The notes under the pieces: generated by a model | Seen by the model: the letters and a program-made list of their open reading frames with translations, nothing else | What the model was told of the DNA's origin: nothing | Database searches by the model: none | Assembly: GCA_025201805.1 (NCBI GenBank) | Contig: MU619245.1 | Span: forward strand, 68,697 to 132,696 | Direction: 5' to 3' | Source of the DNA: Parasitella parasitica NRRL 2501 | Lineage: Eukaryota; Fungi; Mucoromycota | DNA: 64,000 bases | Made by a program: the position numbers and the translations under genes | Part shown: positions 49,646 through 64,000 of the stretch, piece after piece | How positions within the stretch are numbered: position 1 is the stretch's first letter | How the letters are laid out: every line of letters begins with the position of its first letter

Positions 49646-50997
49646 ATGCAGTCTAATCATCGTCAAGGAACATATCAAGCTCCCGCAGCTGGATCAAAAA
49701 TCATTATTGTAGGAGGCGGCTGTTTTGGTCTATCAACAGCTTACTCTAGCCTTAAACAAGGAGAAAAATTATCAAGTTTTTGTATATGACCGCGAACAAA
49801 TTCCTGTAAAAGACGGTGCATCTAATGGTAAATTCTAATAAGGCTTCTCTGTGAACATCTACATATTTATTGTTTGTGTTATTTATATGTTCTACGCATA
49901 GATATTAGCAAGGTTGTGCGTATGGACTACGGTGATGAAAAGCTGTGCATGGAGCTTGCCATAGATTCAATTGATATCTGGAATCAGTGGAATCAAGAAA
50001 GAATCGAAGAGGGTCTCTCACCAGTATATCATAATACTGGGATGCTGGTGTTTTTAGGAGAAAAGGGGCTATCCGAAAATGAGAAGCATAGCTTGCGCCA
50101 TATCCGTCCTGCAGGTCATGCTGACTGGATTGAAGAGTTGAATGGTGAGCAGATAGTATCTAGATATCCGTGTCTTGAAACAGCTGTAAAGAACGGCATC
50201 AGCTGTGCCTACTACAATAAAGTTGGAGGTAACAACATAAAAATTGTTTTAATTGTTATACCAAAAGACTAAGAGATCGTGCTTAGGGTGGTGTAATTCA
50301 ACCGAGGCTATCAAGCACATTTACAGCAAATGCAGAGACGTAGACGTTCAGTTTGTTCTAAGTGTTGAAGGCTGCTTTACAGGGCTAGAGACTGACAAAA
50401 GAAATGCTCGATCTGTCATTGGGATTCGAACAAAGACAGGTAATACGCATTTTGCGGATCGCGTGGTTATGTGCACTGGTTCCTGGACTTCCAGTTTGAT
50501 CGACATGCACAAACAGGTTATTGCTACAGGCCAAGTTGTCATTCATTTTAGACCTTCTGAGGAAGTCAAGCAAATTTTGAGAAATATGCCTGTCTGGTTT
50601 GGTGATTTCTCTAGAGTTGGCTTTTACGGGTTTCCTGACAACGGCGATGGCATCTTCAAGGTAGCAAAGCATTCCACAGATTATTTGAATCCACGTAGAG
50701 GCGACAACGTCTCAGTACCTCGTACTCAATCGACAAACGAGGGTGATACTATCCCAGTCCAAGCTGTCCGGGATTTCCGTGAATATCTACACAAGTTCCT
50801 GCCCATCATAGATTCCTTCCAATGATGGGCACCAGAATTACAGAGGTTATTGAAAACAAAGACACCGAATATACTCGAGCTTGGGCATGGCGAGAGGCTG
50901 TTCCTCGACATGGCTTTTACGATAGTCCTATTTTAGTAGACGATAATCATACTGTAAGAATGGTACATCTGCTGAACTAAGATCTTCGAAAATATGA
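49646..50997 (+). pseudogene. FAD-dependent oxidoreductase (sarcosine/pipecolate/fructosyl-amino-acid oxidase family) pseudogene
   Basis: IIIVGGGCFGLSTAY FAD motif, ASN|DISKVVRMDYG, VVMCTGSWT and GFYGFP are present. Lesions: frameshift at about 49745, internal deletion with frameshift at about 50810, frameshift at about 50965. Confidence 0.8.
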
Positions 50998-51048
50998 ATA
51001 AAACTACATGTATACTTTTTTATTATTATTAATTTCGCAAAAAATAGC

Positions 51049-51978
51049 CTACAAGGAAGAGTCCTTGATCTTGAAGCATTCGCTGAAGAAATTAGCAGTT
51101 AGTTGGATGGCTTCGGTAGCTCTCTCGGCGTTGAGCTTATCAGTATAGTCGCCACGAGCAGCACAGAAACCGTGACACATGTCATCAAAGCGAACATGCT
51201 TGCATTGATTACCGAAAGGCTTTTTGGCCAAAACTTGCATATATTCTGTCATGTCAGGCTCATCCTTGGAGGGAAGAGCAAGAATAGGAGCGCCAGCCTT
51301 TTCAGCATCCTTGACATCAACGAAAGAAGGATGAATCAACGAAGCGCCAACAAAGAAGGGCATAGTAGAGGTCAATTGAACAGCAATCTTGGCTCCCCAA
51401 CAGAAACCAACCAAAGTAGCAACATCAACGCCAGCCTCCTTGAGATATCTGACAGAACGCTCAACATCAGGAGTAACCTAAATCGTTGAAAACTCGGTCA
51501 AGAAAGCTAGCCTGTCAATCTTTTTTTAGGACCAACTTACAACTTCAACAGTGCCAACCTTTCCGAGCCATTCTAAAAGCTTGGGGATGTCGGCCAATAA
51601 TTCCATGGTAGCATAATCCCCATGAAGGAAATCGGGCATGATGACTCTCCAACCGCAATGCTTGGCCAAAATGTCACAAAATTGAAAAGCATTAGGGCTG
51701 TCATTTTATGAAGTGTGTCAGATGTCCTAATTTTACCCAAAGCAGTGCGCAATACCTACTGATAGCCGAAAATATCATAGAAAACAAGAACAGCCTTCTT
51801 GGCATCCTAAATTGAATGACGGGTGTTTAGAATGGCTGCACACATTTACATCTACAAAGTAAATTACCTTGGGCCCAGCAGTATAAATGGAGAGATCCTC
51901 GTATTTGGCCATCTCACCAGTGTGTTTGTAGTCAGAAACGACGGGAGGGAGAGAACAGCATGCTTTGGAATATGACAT
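51049..51978 (-). CDS. Dienelactone hydrolase family protein, multi-exon
   Basis: MSYSKACCSLPPV; VFYDIFGY; VIMPDFLHG; nucleophile elbow GFCWGA; IHPSF; PILALPSKDE; HGFCAAR. Confidence 0.92.
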
Positions 51979-52457
51979 TTTCAGATATAATAAGCTAGGT
52001 AAAAAAAAAAAAAAAAAAAAAAAAAAGAGTGCTTGCGAACATTTATATCTGAAAATGGGGCGGAAAAGTTTTATCCCGTGGAAGATTGTCGTATCTGATG
52101 AATAATCTGATAATAGCTTGATGGGGTACTACCCTTCTTGGAACATCCATGTATTGTGTGTCTCAACCCATAACGCCCACAACCGGCTGGATGTCTGCAG
52201 TTTGCAGCGAGACCAACTGTCAGTTTGTAAAGAAAAAATAGTACGATATGTACGCTCAACCCCCCCCCCATTCGGTTTTCATTAGACATTCATTATAAGC
52301 AAAAAAAAACACGCACACAGTGATTGTTATGTAATCTTCTTCTATACAAAAATCCTCGGGAAAAGTGATTGACATCTCTTCCCTCGATTTTTTTCGAATT
52401 TTTAATTAATACATTTGATAAAAAGCAAGGGAAATTTTCTAAAATTGATCAAAAGAT

Positions 52458-54588
<2,131 letters not shown>

Positions 54589-54665
54589 TTTTGATAGAAG
54601 AAGGAAAAAGGAAGGATCAATTAGGTTCCGAGCTCAGAAATCGTTATATCGTCGCAACCTCTCCC

Positions 54666-54896
54666 TGAAAATTTTTTTGCAAATCAACTCAAAAAACTCA
54701 ATACAGTCACTGGTAATATGCAAAGGTGGCTTGGTACGGTATGTACTGCACATTATGTAGAACAGTATCTGATCTGCAACATGAATTGCTCGCTTGCATG
54801 AGCTTGGGGAAAGCTCATGGCCTCCGAAAAGACTAATATACGCAAGAAAACTATAAATATCAGAGTTGAATCTTAGCTTTCTCTAGTGAAAAATTT
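54666..54896. promoter_or_regulatory. Two RRPE-like motifs (TGAAAATTTT 54666-54675; TGAAAAATTT 54887-54896) upstream of SSB
   Basis: Match the yeast RRPE consensus and lie upstream of a ribosome-associated gene. The AT-rich background lowers specificity. Confidence 0.4.
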
Positions 54897-55304
54897 AGCA
54901 TTTGAATGAGGTAATTCATCTATACAGCGATAGATCTTAGATGCCCAAATCAAAAGGAGCTTTTATGTTTATGCTTGGTACTTTATACATGCAACAGCTT
55001 TGTCATACTGTAATTTGACGCAAAGATTATTTTTATTCGCTGAATATTTTCGATAAAGGATTATATTAAACATGCCGTTAAAGTACTTGCCCACTGATGT
55101 CTGATCCGGGTCCGCAGCTGATGCTCTTCGCTCAGAACTGCATTGAATGAAGGTATAAAGTCAAAAGTTAATAGCATAGAGCACAAAGGTATGAACTTTA
55201 ATTCAGCAAGTATCAGAGGGAAAAATTTCTAGGCTAAGTAATTTGTATTTGAAAGATATACATCCGATGGCTACCCTAATTCGAGCCTATAGAATAGAGT
55301 TGAT

Positions 55305-56469
55305 CTATAAAACAGCAGCTGCTTTCCTCAACTTGACAAGAAAAGCAGTATGTCCTCTCACATCAAAATTCTTTGGTCTGCAGATCCAGGCGTCAGTAGG
55401 CAATGATACTGTCCCATCTGTTGCGTAACTTTCTTCCTCTTTACGTTTAAGCCTACTTTTAATGTGCGTTGCTCTAACTTCCCACTCTTTCCATTCGGCT
55501 TCGATACAGTCTTCCATAACCAATGGCAGATCAATGATCAATTCGGCTAACGCAAGAACTTGGGTCATATTAGGCAAATAACAGACCATGAAACGGTCAT
55601 TTCGTAAATAGGGCAAGAGGCGCGGAATCTGCCCGCACGGTTCCGGCATGTCTAATGCAATCGCATCATATTGTTCTTCAGTATTCGCCAATATTTCTGG
55701 GAGTTTATCTGCAACTGCTCCAATATGAAAAGAAACATTGGGTTTGTATTTTCCTCGCGAATAACGTTCGACATGTTTCCTGGCAGTGTTGGAATGGGAC
55801 GCACGAATATCAAATGTATCAATCGTGCCAACACAGTCTCCTCCTCCTGCTACTGCTCTTGCCATGTATAACGTAAGTGACCCGTTACCTGTACCTGCTT
55901 CGAGTACCCTATGCCCAGGCTCCAGATCCAACATTTGTACCTGATATAATAAATTAAAATAATGGACAAACGTAAAATAGTCGTACTCACGATCGTAGAA
56001 GCATCTTTTGGATAAATCGGGGTACATGCTCTTGGTACATTTACAACAAATCTGTGAACATTATCATTGCTTTTAGATGTCAGAATTGTTTTTATTGCTC
56101 TATTACTTTACTCATCGAGTGTTGGAAAATGTGCCATATATCCAAGGCTATCTAAAAAAAAAAAAAAAGAAAAAAAAAATCATATAGCAGCGTAGATGCA
56201 AAAGCTAAATGAGATTTTGCACGAATTTCTTGTTTCCAGGTTATTCAAACACTACCGTTATGCTCTCGTATCACAGATCTCGGCTTCTTTCCTATAATGC
56301 TCTCATGACGAATAGTGCCTTCCTTGACACCTCTTTCTCCTGTTGGCTCTAAGGGCCCAACGAAAAATCTCTTATTTGATTTAACTTGACGTAGCATGCA
56401 AAAATCACCTTGTTCAAAAGTATGATAGTGCTGTCTCCCCCCAAAAAATTTGGATATTTGCCTTAACAT
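55305..56469 (-). CDS. tRNA (adenine-58-N1)-methyltransferase, Gcd14/Trm61 family, probably the mitochondrial TRMT61B-like type, 4 exons
   Basis: Spliced model GTIRHESIIGK...HFPTLDE|FVVNVPRACTPIYPKDASTI|VQMLDLEPGHRVLEAGTGNGSLT...ALDMPEP...YLPNMTQV...GHTAFLVKLRK. N-terminus MLRQISKFFGGRQHYH is presequence-like. Confidence 0.85.
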
Positions 56470-57150
56470 GGTGGTGCAAAATTATAAGAGGGGTGAAGAG
56501 GGAGGGTGGTTAGAAGAAGTTGGCGGTTTGTAAAAAAAACAATTTTATTGTGACATACAAGGAACTGGCATTTGACACATAATAGGCATGACAACACAAT
56601 ATAGATTGTGCTTTTTCTGTAACTTGCTATAACAAAGCTATATCACTAAGGAATAATAAGTTACTTAAACATGCTTATGATTTAATAATGTATCATGAAA
56701 ACTCTTTCAAAAAAAGTGAGATTTTGAAGAGAATACGGCGTCATTGACATTTACACAAGTTTCAAGTGTTATTTGAGTTCATACATCACGGATTCAATGA
56801 TACCTTACTATGAAGGAATACAAATGCTGGATAAAGATCATAGGACGTGTGTCTCGATTGAAAGATTGAAAATTTGCAGACAGTTTCATGCTGCTGCAGA
56901 TAAAATGACACCCAGTAGATCTATTCAATTCAAGGAGAGAAGCAGCTTTAAATATACCATGATTTTGCATCATACAAGGCATCTCAAGTTGTTGGATGCT
57001 TTTTGTGTCATAAGATCAAAAATAGAGAGAAAAACTCAAAAGAAAAAGCCTGATTCAAACGTTTAGAAAGTATGAAAAATATAATCCATTCAGCATGTAT
57101 CCTGATACATAAACACCCTTTTTTAATTTCATTTACACGTATGCCTCTTC

Positions 57151-58296
57151 TCAAGCTAACAGTAATGGGGTGTTTTCGTTTGATTGATAATACAGTTGTT
57201 TACATACATCGAATTTACAAATAGGACACTAAACCGTATATTCCCATAAATACAATATAGGCATATACAATTTCAATATTGTACCTACATATTTTCTTCT
57301 GGTGATAAGCCAAGTGTCCACACATGTAGAGTGAAATTCATGCCGACAGGGTAGTTTGCGTAACACATCCCCCTCTTGATAAGTTTCTAGACAAATGATG
57401 CATTCTTCATTCTCGTCGCCTTTATTTTCTTTATGGAATACCTTTGATTTCAGCCTATAGACCAATTCTGCAGGTGCTTTGCTCTGATGCGATGCGATAC
57501 GGCGTTGCTCCCTTTGCTCTTGTCGCCGTTGGTGCATTCGATATGTAAAATATAATGCATAAAGTATGCTTGAGGGTAATAACACGGCAAAAAATAAAAG
57601 GAAATCAGACAACGACCTTTTTGGTGGCAATGGATATATAGTATTAGAAATCTACATTCAGTTGTCATTGCATTCGGTCATTGCATTCGGTCATTACCAT
57701 GTAAATATGTCGTTCTTGGTTATCCTTATTACGACTGATGAATTTTGTTTGTCTTGCAAGTGCTGTATCAAGGATAAGAATTGGTACTGTGCTACATAAA
57801 CACTTGGTATGGTTACATCAGATGCATCAGTGTCTGTTCATACCAAAGACGTTAGTTTTTCTTCAATCCATACAAAGTTGCAGATATAATACCTGTGGCA
57901 TACATGGTTATCCATCCATTATAATGTCGATCCCCGATGATCACTGCCTTTGCTCCGCTAGATTGCAGTGATTTTACCTTTTTTACAAACGAACATCCTC
58001 CTCTCTCCACAATAGCAACCCAATTTGCATCCTGAGAAGCGCATGGCAGACAGCCCTTGTTGCTCTCGACCGGTGCCAGCAGTAAGTTTCCTAGTATACC
58101 TTGCTCTGTAAGACGAGGACCAAAAGCAGCTGGCTTATCAAGATGGGTATCATTACTTTTCTATAAAACACAGACTTAGCACAACTACGACGACGCACAT
58201 ATATACTTCAGGCATTACGACAATAAAGATGTGACATATGATTGATTGGTACAGTGCAATACATATGAATAAAACGGTACTTTTGAAGTTGCTCAT
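57151..58296 (-). CDS. PA-TM-RING E3 ubiquitin ligase (RNF13/RMR-like), 5 exons
   Basis: Signal peptide; PA domain (DKPAAFGPRL...WVAIVERGGCSFVKKVKSLQSSGAKAVIIGD...TIPSVYV); TM helix; RING-H2 CIICLETY...LPCRHEFHSTCVDTWLITRRKY|CPICK; C-terminal dileucine-type motif ENTPLLLA. Confidence 0.88.
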
Positions 58297-58744
58297 ATCC
58301 TTGCAGCAAGAAAACTCTCGATTGACAGAGATAGGTTAAAGGGAAAAGAAAAGGAAGGAAAAAAACTGTTTGTTTACATATTGCTCTCGCTTATACCGTC
58401 ACTGACTTGATTGAATTCATGTATCATGTCATGATAAAATACATCTACAACCTCGCTGCATGAAGGTTCTCAAAATAGTGGCGATGTCCATCACGTGCTT
58501 GTTAGTAACCCCTTCAAATGCCAGGATGTCGTATCATTACTGTAATATCTTGGTCATACTGAGAAGAGCTACACGGTATTGCTTTTAATATAAAACTTGC
58601 TTGTTCCAATCGCATTGCAACATTCTGGAGCTTTAAAATGAAGATTATTTGCATTTCAAGACTATGTCAATCTAATTGTTCTGGGTATCTGACTTGGGTA
58701 TTGTAATTCTCATTTTTCGCTATCTTTGAGTGTAGTTTCTACAA

Positions 58745-58770
58745 AATAAATAAATAAATAAATAAATAAA
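58745..58770. repeat. (AATA)n microsatellite
   Basis: About 6 units directly visible. Confidence 0.9.
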
Positions 58771-60302
58771 GGGATTCATGCCTGCTTTGAATACTGATTT
58801 TCTCATGAGGCACAGCTCTGTTTTGGGAGTTTTGAGCTGCCAAAAAGCAGCGCAAGTCGCATCATTTAACGAAGACATAAAACGACACCTGTCAATATAA
58901 TTTTGGTTTCATTCTCTATCGTTTAGAGCAAGGTAAATAGTAAGTTGAGTACAAAAGATTTGCTTTCAACTATAGCAACAAATCGCTTTTGACTTTTGTA
59001 TCTTTTGTTTTGTTTTGAATGATTCGATATATCGTCATTTTGATTCTATAATAAATCTCAACATTCTTTCTTATAATGATAATCCATGATCTGGTATACA
59101 CTGCGAGAGAGTGAAACAAACAAATATGTATAATACAGATTAAATTTCAAAACATGGAAGCCATCTTCAAGCTGTTCCTCCGAGTGCCGAGTATTTGTAA
59201 GGATACCTGAATCAAGAACCAAAAATACAATGATAGTTTGCTACAACAGCATGAGATTTGAATATTACTCGTTTGATGATTATCTGAGCAAATGTACTCC
59301 ATGCTTTCTCAGCCTGACGTTTAGATTCTGAGGTAGCAAGATGTATAATTGCTAAGAACTTCTAGATATTACGACAAAAAAAAAAAAGAATCATCTACGA
59401 GTAATAAGATGAGCAAAGAATCAAAGTTTAGGCAAATGAAATGTCAAAAATTTCAAAATTAGATGTTGAGAACATTTAGTAAAATGGAGTTTTGTCTATC
59501 TCTCTTTTTTTATACAAATGCCAACTCTCGGTGGTCATAATGTAAGGTGCACAACTCTATCTTACTCGAGTTACGGTAATGAGGATCCTTGTTAGAGACT
59601 GACCGGTTTTAGAATAGAGTTGTTTCTGTTCAAGACTTATTATCAATTCTTTGATCAAGTTTTATTCCGCCGTACGGTTGGATTCAAAGGGCATATACTA
59701 TGTGAATCACATTGCATGGTGCAACACTTTGATATTTTCTGGGCAAACAAACAACTTCCAACTTGTGAATCATACGAATCTACGGAAAGGCACAAATAAA
59801 ACAGAGAATTCCACGTATTTAGCTTGGTTGTGTATTCTGTACGTTTCGGGTATATCGAGTTAGCATTGATACCCTATTAATGTACGACATGGCCCTCTTA
59901 ACGTAGTTACACCACGCTTAAGGCGGTTCGGGGCAAATGTTGGGATCAAACTCGAATGGATGGGGCAAGATCTTTATGAGGAGATCTGGTGGAGTCTTAA
60001 ACAAAACAAAATCCGGTTGAAAGGACATGCTTTGTAATGGAATACGAACGTATGAAGGTTCAAATATACAAAATAAACATGGGTCCTACATTTTCCCTTT
60101 TTGAATTGTATCGATTGTCCATCAACCAAGAGCAGGATATCCCAATGTTAATTAACAATGACAATTAAAGTCGAAAAAGATTGATAAAAACAGAGCAACA
60201 GAAGTTCGTAAATGATTAAAGCATTAGATCTTGCAATTAATAAAAATCAAACTGTATCATATAGATGGAATGGAGGGGGGGGGGGAATTGAAAGAAAAGA
60301 TA

Positions 60303-61595
60303 CTATTCATCTGTACAATTTTTCTGTAATCGTATTGAATCAAACTCTTGTGCAAAATCGCGAGAACGAACTGCCCAAGCTATGCAATAATGAGCAGATA
60401 ACAGACGCCACTCTTCAAGTTCATCTAGGATTTCTAACTTTGACATACTATGAACAAAGTAATATTTGTTAAATTCATGTCGAAAAAATCAAACTAGACT
60501 TACCGTTTTAGCTCTGATCTATCTAAATATTTGTCATGGATGGCATTGATGTCAACTGCATTAACATTATGCCACCCTAGATCTTTGAATCTTTTCTCTT
60601 GATGAATTAAATCAGGATATGCTTGTATCCCTTTCAGTTCTATATTTCTACTCTTTAGATTTCGGATCATCATCTTGCCAAATGCGTCGTCTGGTTTAAT
60701 CTGCTCATATAATACAAACATGGCGTTCTTCATTTGATCAGTGATCCATTTTAATATGACGTTTGAATCTTCTGGCGATATGTAAATGAAAACACATTCA
60801 GACAAAAACAGTGTGGGCAATCTATAGTAATTTAATCAGTGCGTGTCGTTTCCCATTTCATCGTAAGCAAACTTTACTCAAGGTCTAAACCTGCGTCCAA
60901 GAGCCTATTAGCAATACCTGACCAGTTTCGTAAATCTCCACCCAAAAGACTATAATCTTTGCCTGATAAGTCTATGCCCCCTCTTCCAATTTTTCCTTGC
61001 TCCCCATCTCCCATTAAAGAACATAGCTCTTTGCATTTTTTTATCATCATTGTTTTTTTCATTGTTATTTCAGGAAAGTCCACTTCAAAGTATTTTGCTA
61101 GATTTTCTGAAAGCGCATCTCCATTGTAATTCAAAATCCCTGCCTTATACAAAGAAAAATCAAAATTATGGAAATGAACATCGTGAATTCAACTCACTTT
61201 GATGTTAAAGTATCTAGTGTCAGATCCAGCTCCTAATGCGACAATTTGTTTTTTAGGACCAGGCATATTCAAAAACTGAGATACAACAGAGTCGATTGCA
61301 TAGCTTCGTATAAACGTGCCTTGTGATATCATTTTAGTGAATTGCCGTCTATTTTACATGTTGATAATGATACCTCTATTTATAATGGGAGAACGGCGGG
61401 TAGGCTTTTTCACAAAAAGCTTAACGAAAGGATCATGGAAATATCCCAGATTTGCTGCAGAACTATAATGGAAAAAATAAGTTTTTGCATCGTGTGTTTT
61501 ACTTTGTTTCATTACAGTCTGCTCACTGTAGCATCGTCGTTAGTTCCTCTTACAACGTCATCGCTGGTTAGCACTTCTTCATTGAGAAAATTCAT
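60303..61595 (-). CDS. PPM1: Leucine carboxyl methyltransferase 1 (PP2A methyltransferase), 6 exons
   Basis: DDVVRGTNDDATVSRL|SAANLGYFHDPF...RRSPIINRG|TFIR; QIVALGAGSDTRYF; YFEVDFPE; GGDLR; PTLFLSECVFIY; YEQIKPDDAFGKMM; LEILDELEEWRLLSAHYC. Confidence 0.93.
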
Positions 61596-63079
61596 TTTGT
61601 TGGAGAAAAAGAGCGTCAAGTTTATGCTGTTTTTCAATATCTTTGTCACACTTTAGGACGGGCTTCAGCTTGAAAAAATGTATTGGATATCAACAATTGA
61701 TAAATACCATGCCACATAGCCCTTAGTACAGAGGAAGAATGAAAATGGGGATACAAACATAATTGTGAATTGCTTGTCTTTGACTTTTCACACGCAAGGT
61801 ATAGTGCTTTTGAGGCAGGTAGTGTACGTTTAAAGCTATTTATTCTGATGGCGTGAAACTATTTTGCAAACTCTGGAAACTATCGGATACCTTCCAAACA
61901 GAATACATCAACACCATTAACACAGAATATTAAAGTACATATTTTTGCTTAGTGATATTTATATAGGCAGTAAATGCCTTGAAATCTTGATTTTTTGTAA
62001 TGTTTGAGATAAAAAAAGATGATGGGAGTAAAATTTTGACAGCCATGAGGATACTCATTATATGATTATGCCAATTCATAAATTTAGTATGTATAAAGTT
62101 GAGCATCTTGGAGAAAAAGAGAACATAATAGTTCATCATAGTAATATGAGATGATAGAGTTGTCATTTCTTCTTTATAACGATAATGTAGCGAATGATTC
62201 TTAAAAGACAGTATAAACAAGCGATTAAACGACATTTGAGAGCATCAGCAGTGATCTTATCAGTCATGCAGAAAACTGCAAGCCAAGTAGAGAAACTACG
62301 AGTGATATCGATATTTTTCTCGCGAGCGAAACGAGCAAAAAAATTTGTCAATTCATTGAGAAATGTCTGTGTTTTCATAAAACTTCTAATGCACTATTAT
62401 CAATACTAATCCGATAATAATATGCATCCAAATATGTAGCAAATCCTTAATAATCTATATCGCACCAAACTTCTTTGCTGTATTCGCCTACATTACCTCT
62501 ATTCCTCCGTGCAGTTTCGTGTGAGGATAATGTCTCTATCAAAGTATTTAGCAGAAGGAGCAGCAATTTCACTGTAAAATAATATGATAATACAAAATAA
62601 TATATTTATACGTACAAACGGATTAATCGTAACAGTAAAAAAATTTATCATAGCAACTAAAAACTGTGTAAAAGAGGATTCTATATCGTTCATTCCAAAT
62701 GAATGTATTATATCATCTTCATATGTGCTTTGATACCTTCCAAATACAAGCTTTCTAATATCCATATTTCAAACAAAAATATATGCCCCAGATATCATTA
62801 AATATTAAAAGAAATGCTGACGGTCTTAATCATCACCAATATCCTTAGTAATATATAAAACAATTTCTAGAAACCAAAACAGATAGGTACAAAACCATGG
62901 CAGCAACTTCTGGAAATAGGTTACAATTAATTGAATAAACATCATCTTTAAAAACTTCTATATTCTCTATTTATCCAACATTTGCCCGAGCATTACATAA
63001 TGCATATCACGTGCTTTTGCCATTTATTGAATATATTATTGAAATAGTATAAACTTTAATATTCTTCAAAAATATAAAC

Positions 63080-63151
63080 AGCATCTTGGCGCAGTGGCAG
63101 CGCGTTGGGCTCATAACCCAAAGGTCGCCTGATCGAAACGGGCAGATGCTA
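63080..63151 (+). tRNA. Initiator tRNA-Met (anticodon CAT)
   Basis: Acceptor stem AGCATCT/AGATGCT with A1:U72; anticodon arm TTGGG-CTCATAA-CCCAA with three G:C pairs; T-loop GATCGAAA (A54/A60, initiator type); downstream T-run Pol III terminator. Confidence 0.96.
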
Positions 63152-63259
63152 CATACTTTTATTTTTTTAATTTTTTGTAGTGCATATAGTAACTTGGTAT
63201 TCTTTTTTAGGGTCTGCATGTTATTTTGATATACCAAGTCTAACAACAACTGGCTTCAA

Positions 63260-64000
63260 CTAAATAAATTCCTGTAATGATTTTAGCTGTTGCTGGAAAT
63301 GAGCTCTTCTTTGGGACAAATAGTGCAATCGTTCTTCTGTGTATTGGATCAATTCTTTTTTTTTTTCTTCAATGGCCCTACAAACATCCAAGTTACTCTT
63401 CTTGTTTACAGCTACAGCTTTTTTGGTGTGTCCTATTATTACTTTTTAATTTCTCGATACTCTTCCATAAACTTTTGAAAATCATTTCCTAGATCTTGTG
63501 AAACTAACAAACGATAGAGTAGATCAATGAGCCAAAATAAAAAATAAAAATAAAAATAAAAAAAAAGAAAAGTTACCTAATACAAGAGATTCAAATTGCT
63601 GGCTTGAAGGCTGGAGGAAGTCCATTGCAGAGCTTTTGTGCTCAAATACAGAATCCAATTCATCCATGATAATAGCTTGTTTAGTGTTTTCACCAGGACT
63701 CTTGGAAGAAGTTGTTGGCAATGCATTTTGGTTGGCGGATGGATTTAAGCTTTGCTGGTGCAAGACGTTCTGCTCTTGGTTTTGTTGTGCTTGTATCGGT
63801 TGCTGCTGTTGCTGTTGAGGTTGTATAGGCACATTGGGATACGATGTTTGGTTAGTTGAAATAGAGGTAGACATGGTTCTAGTCTGCATTTCGTCTATAG
63901 CTATAATACTAGAAGTAACATCATTATCGGTAGTACTGGAACCTGCCATATTAAAGGGCGGTATAAAGTGGTAACTCTCTGTATCATCAAATGAAATCTG
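63260..64000 (-). CDS. 3' part of an uncharacterised protein (Q-rich disordered region, C-terminal coiled coil); 5' end outside window
   Basis: Frame is open from the window end. Two introns give ...QFESLVLG|NDFQKFMEEYREIK|KAIEEKKKELIQYTEERLHYLSQRRAHFQQQLKSLQEFI* (TAG at 63262-63260). Confidence 0.65.

Noticed and set aside
54797-54819. Perfect 9-bp hairpin CATGAGCTT-GGGGA-AAGCTCATG upstream of SSB
   Set aside because: A single short inverted repeat is expected by chance in 64 kb, and it has no supporting context.
57665-57695. 13-bp tandem duplication (TCATTGCATTCGG x2)
   Set aside because: Intronic slippage duplication; only two units and not an array.
59100-59420. GTATCCTT (U12-type donor-like) and exon-like fragments on the minus strand
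   Set aside because: No U12 branch point and no coherent gene model could be built.
61930-63000. Several AT-rich short ORFs between PPM1 and the tRNA
   Set aside because: Low-complexity composition, with no consistent splice model or domain.
55305-63151. m1A58 methyltransferase near tRNA-iMet, the classic substrate of the nuclear enzyme
   Set aside because: They are about 6.6 kb apart with unrelated genes between, and this enzyme looks like the mitochondrial type; probably coincidence.

Overview
Eukaryotic, intron-rich fungal DNA, most consistent with a Mucorales (Mucoromycota) genome. This rests on short GT-AG introns, long A/T homopolymers, a Mucorales-type LINE fragment and lineage-type REase-like relics; the species cannot be called from the sequence. 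I built gene models by hand from splice signals. About 22 mostly housekeeping protein genes are present: Ecm33-like (partial), uL10m, SERF, DeSI/PPPDE, Rud3-like golgin, PP2C, an orphan coiled-coil protein, bZIP, Swp1, calpain-7/PalB, GCV3, SQR, SMP-C2 protein, ACOT9-like, Spp2, SulP, Spc105/KNL1, THOC5, dienelactone hydrolase, Hsp70-SSB, Trm61-family methyltransferase, PA-TM-RING, PPM1 and a partial Q-rich gene. There is also one initiator tRNA-Met, a decayed FAD-dependent amino-acid oxidase, a nest of transposon relics at 45.9-48.7 kb and two 10-N assembly gaps. I found no clear multi-gene novel system such as a cluster or array. The best leads are a miniaturised Swp1 with almost no lumenal domain, a KNL1 without canonical MELT motifs, two PD-(D/E)xK-like gene relics (one abutting a LINE), a calpain with three domain-III repeats, and a PAC/TATA-flanked structured non-coding segment. 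Family assignments come from motif recognition, not database searches.
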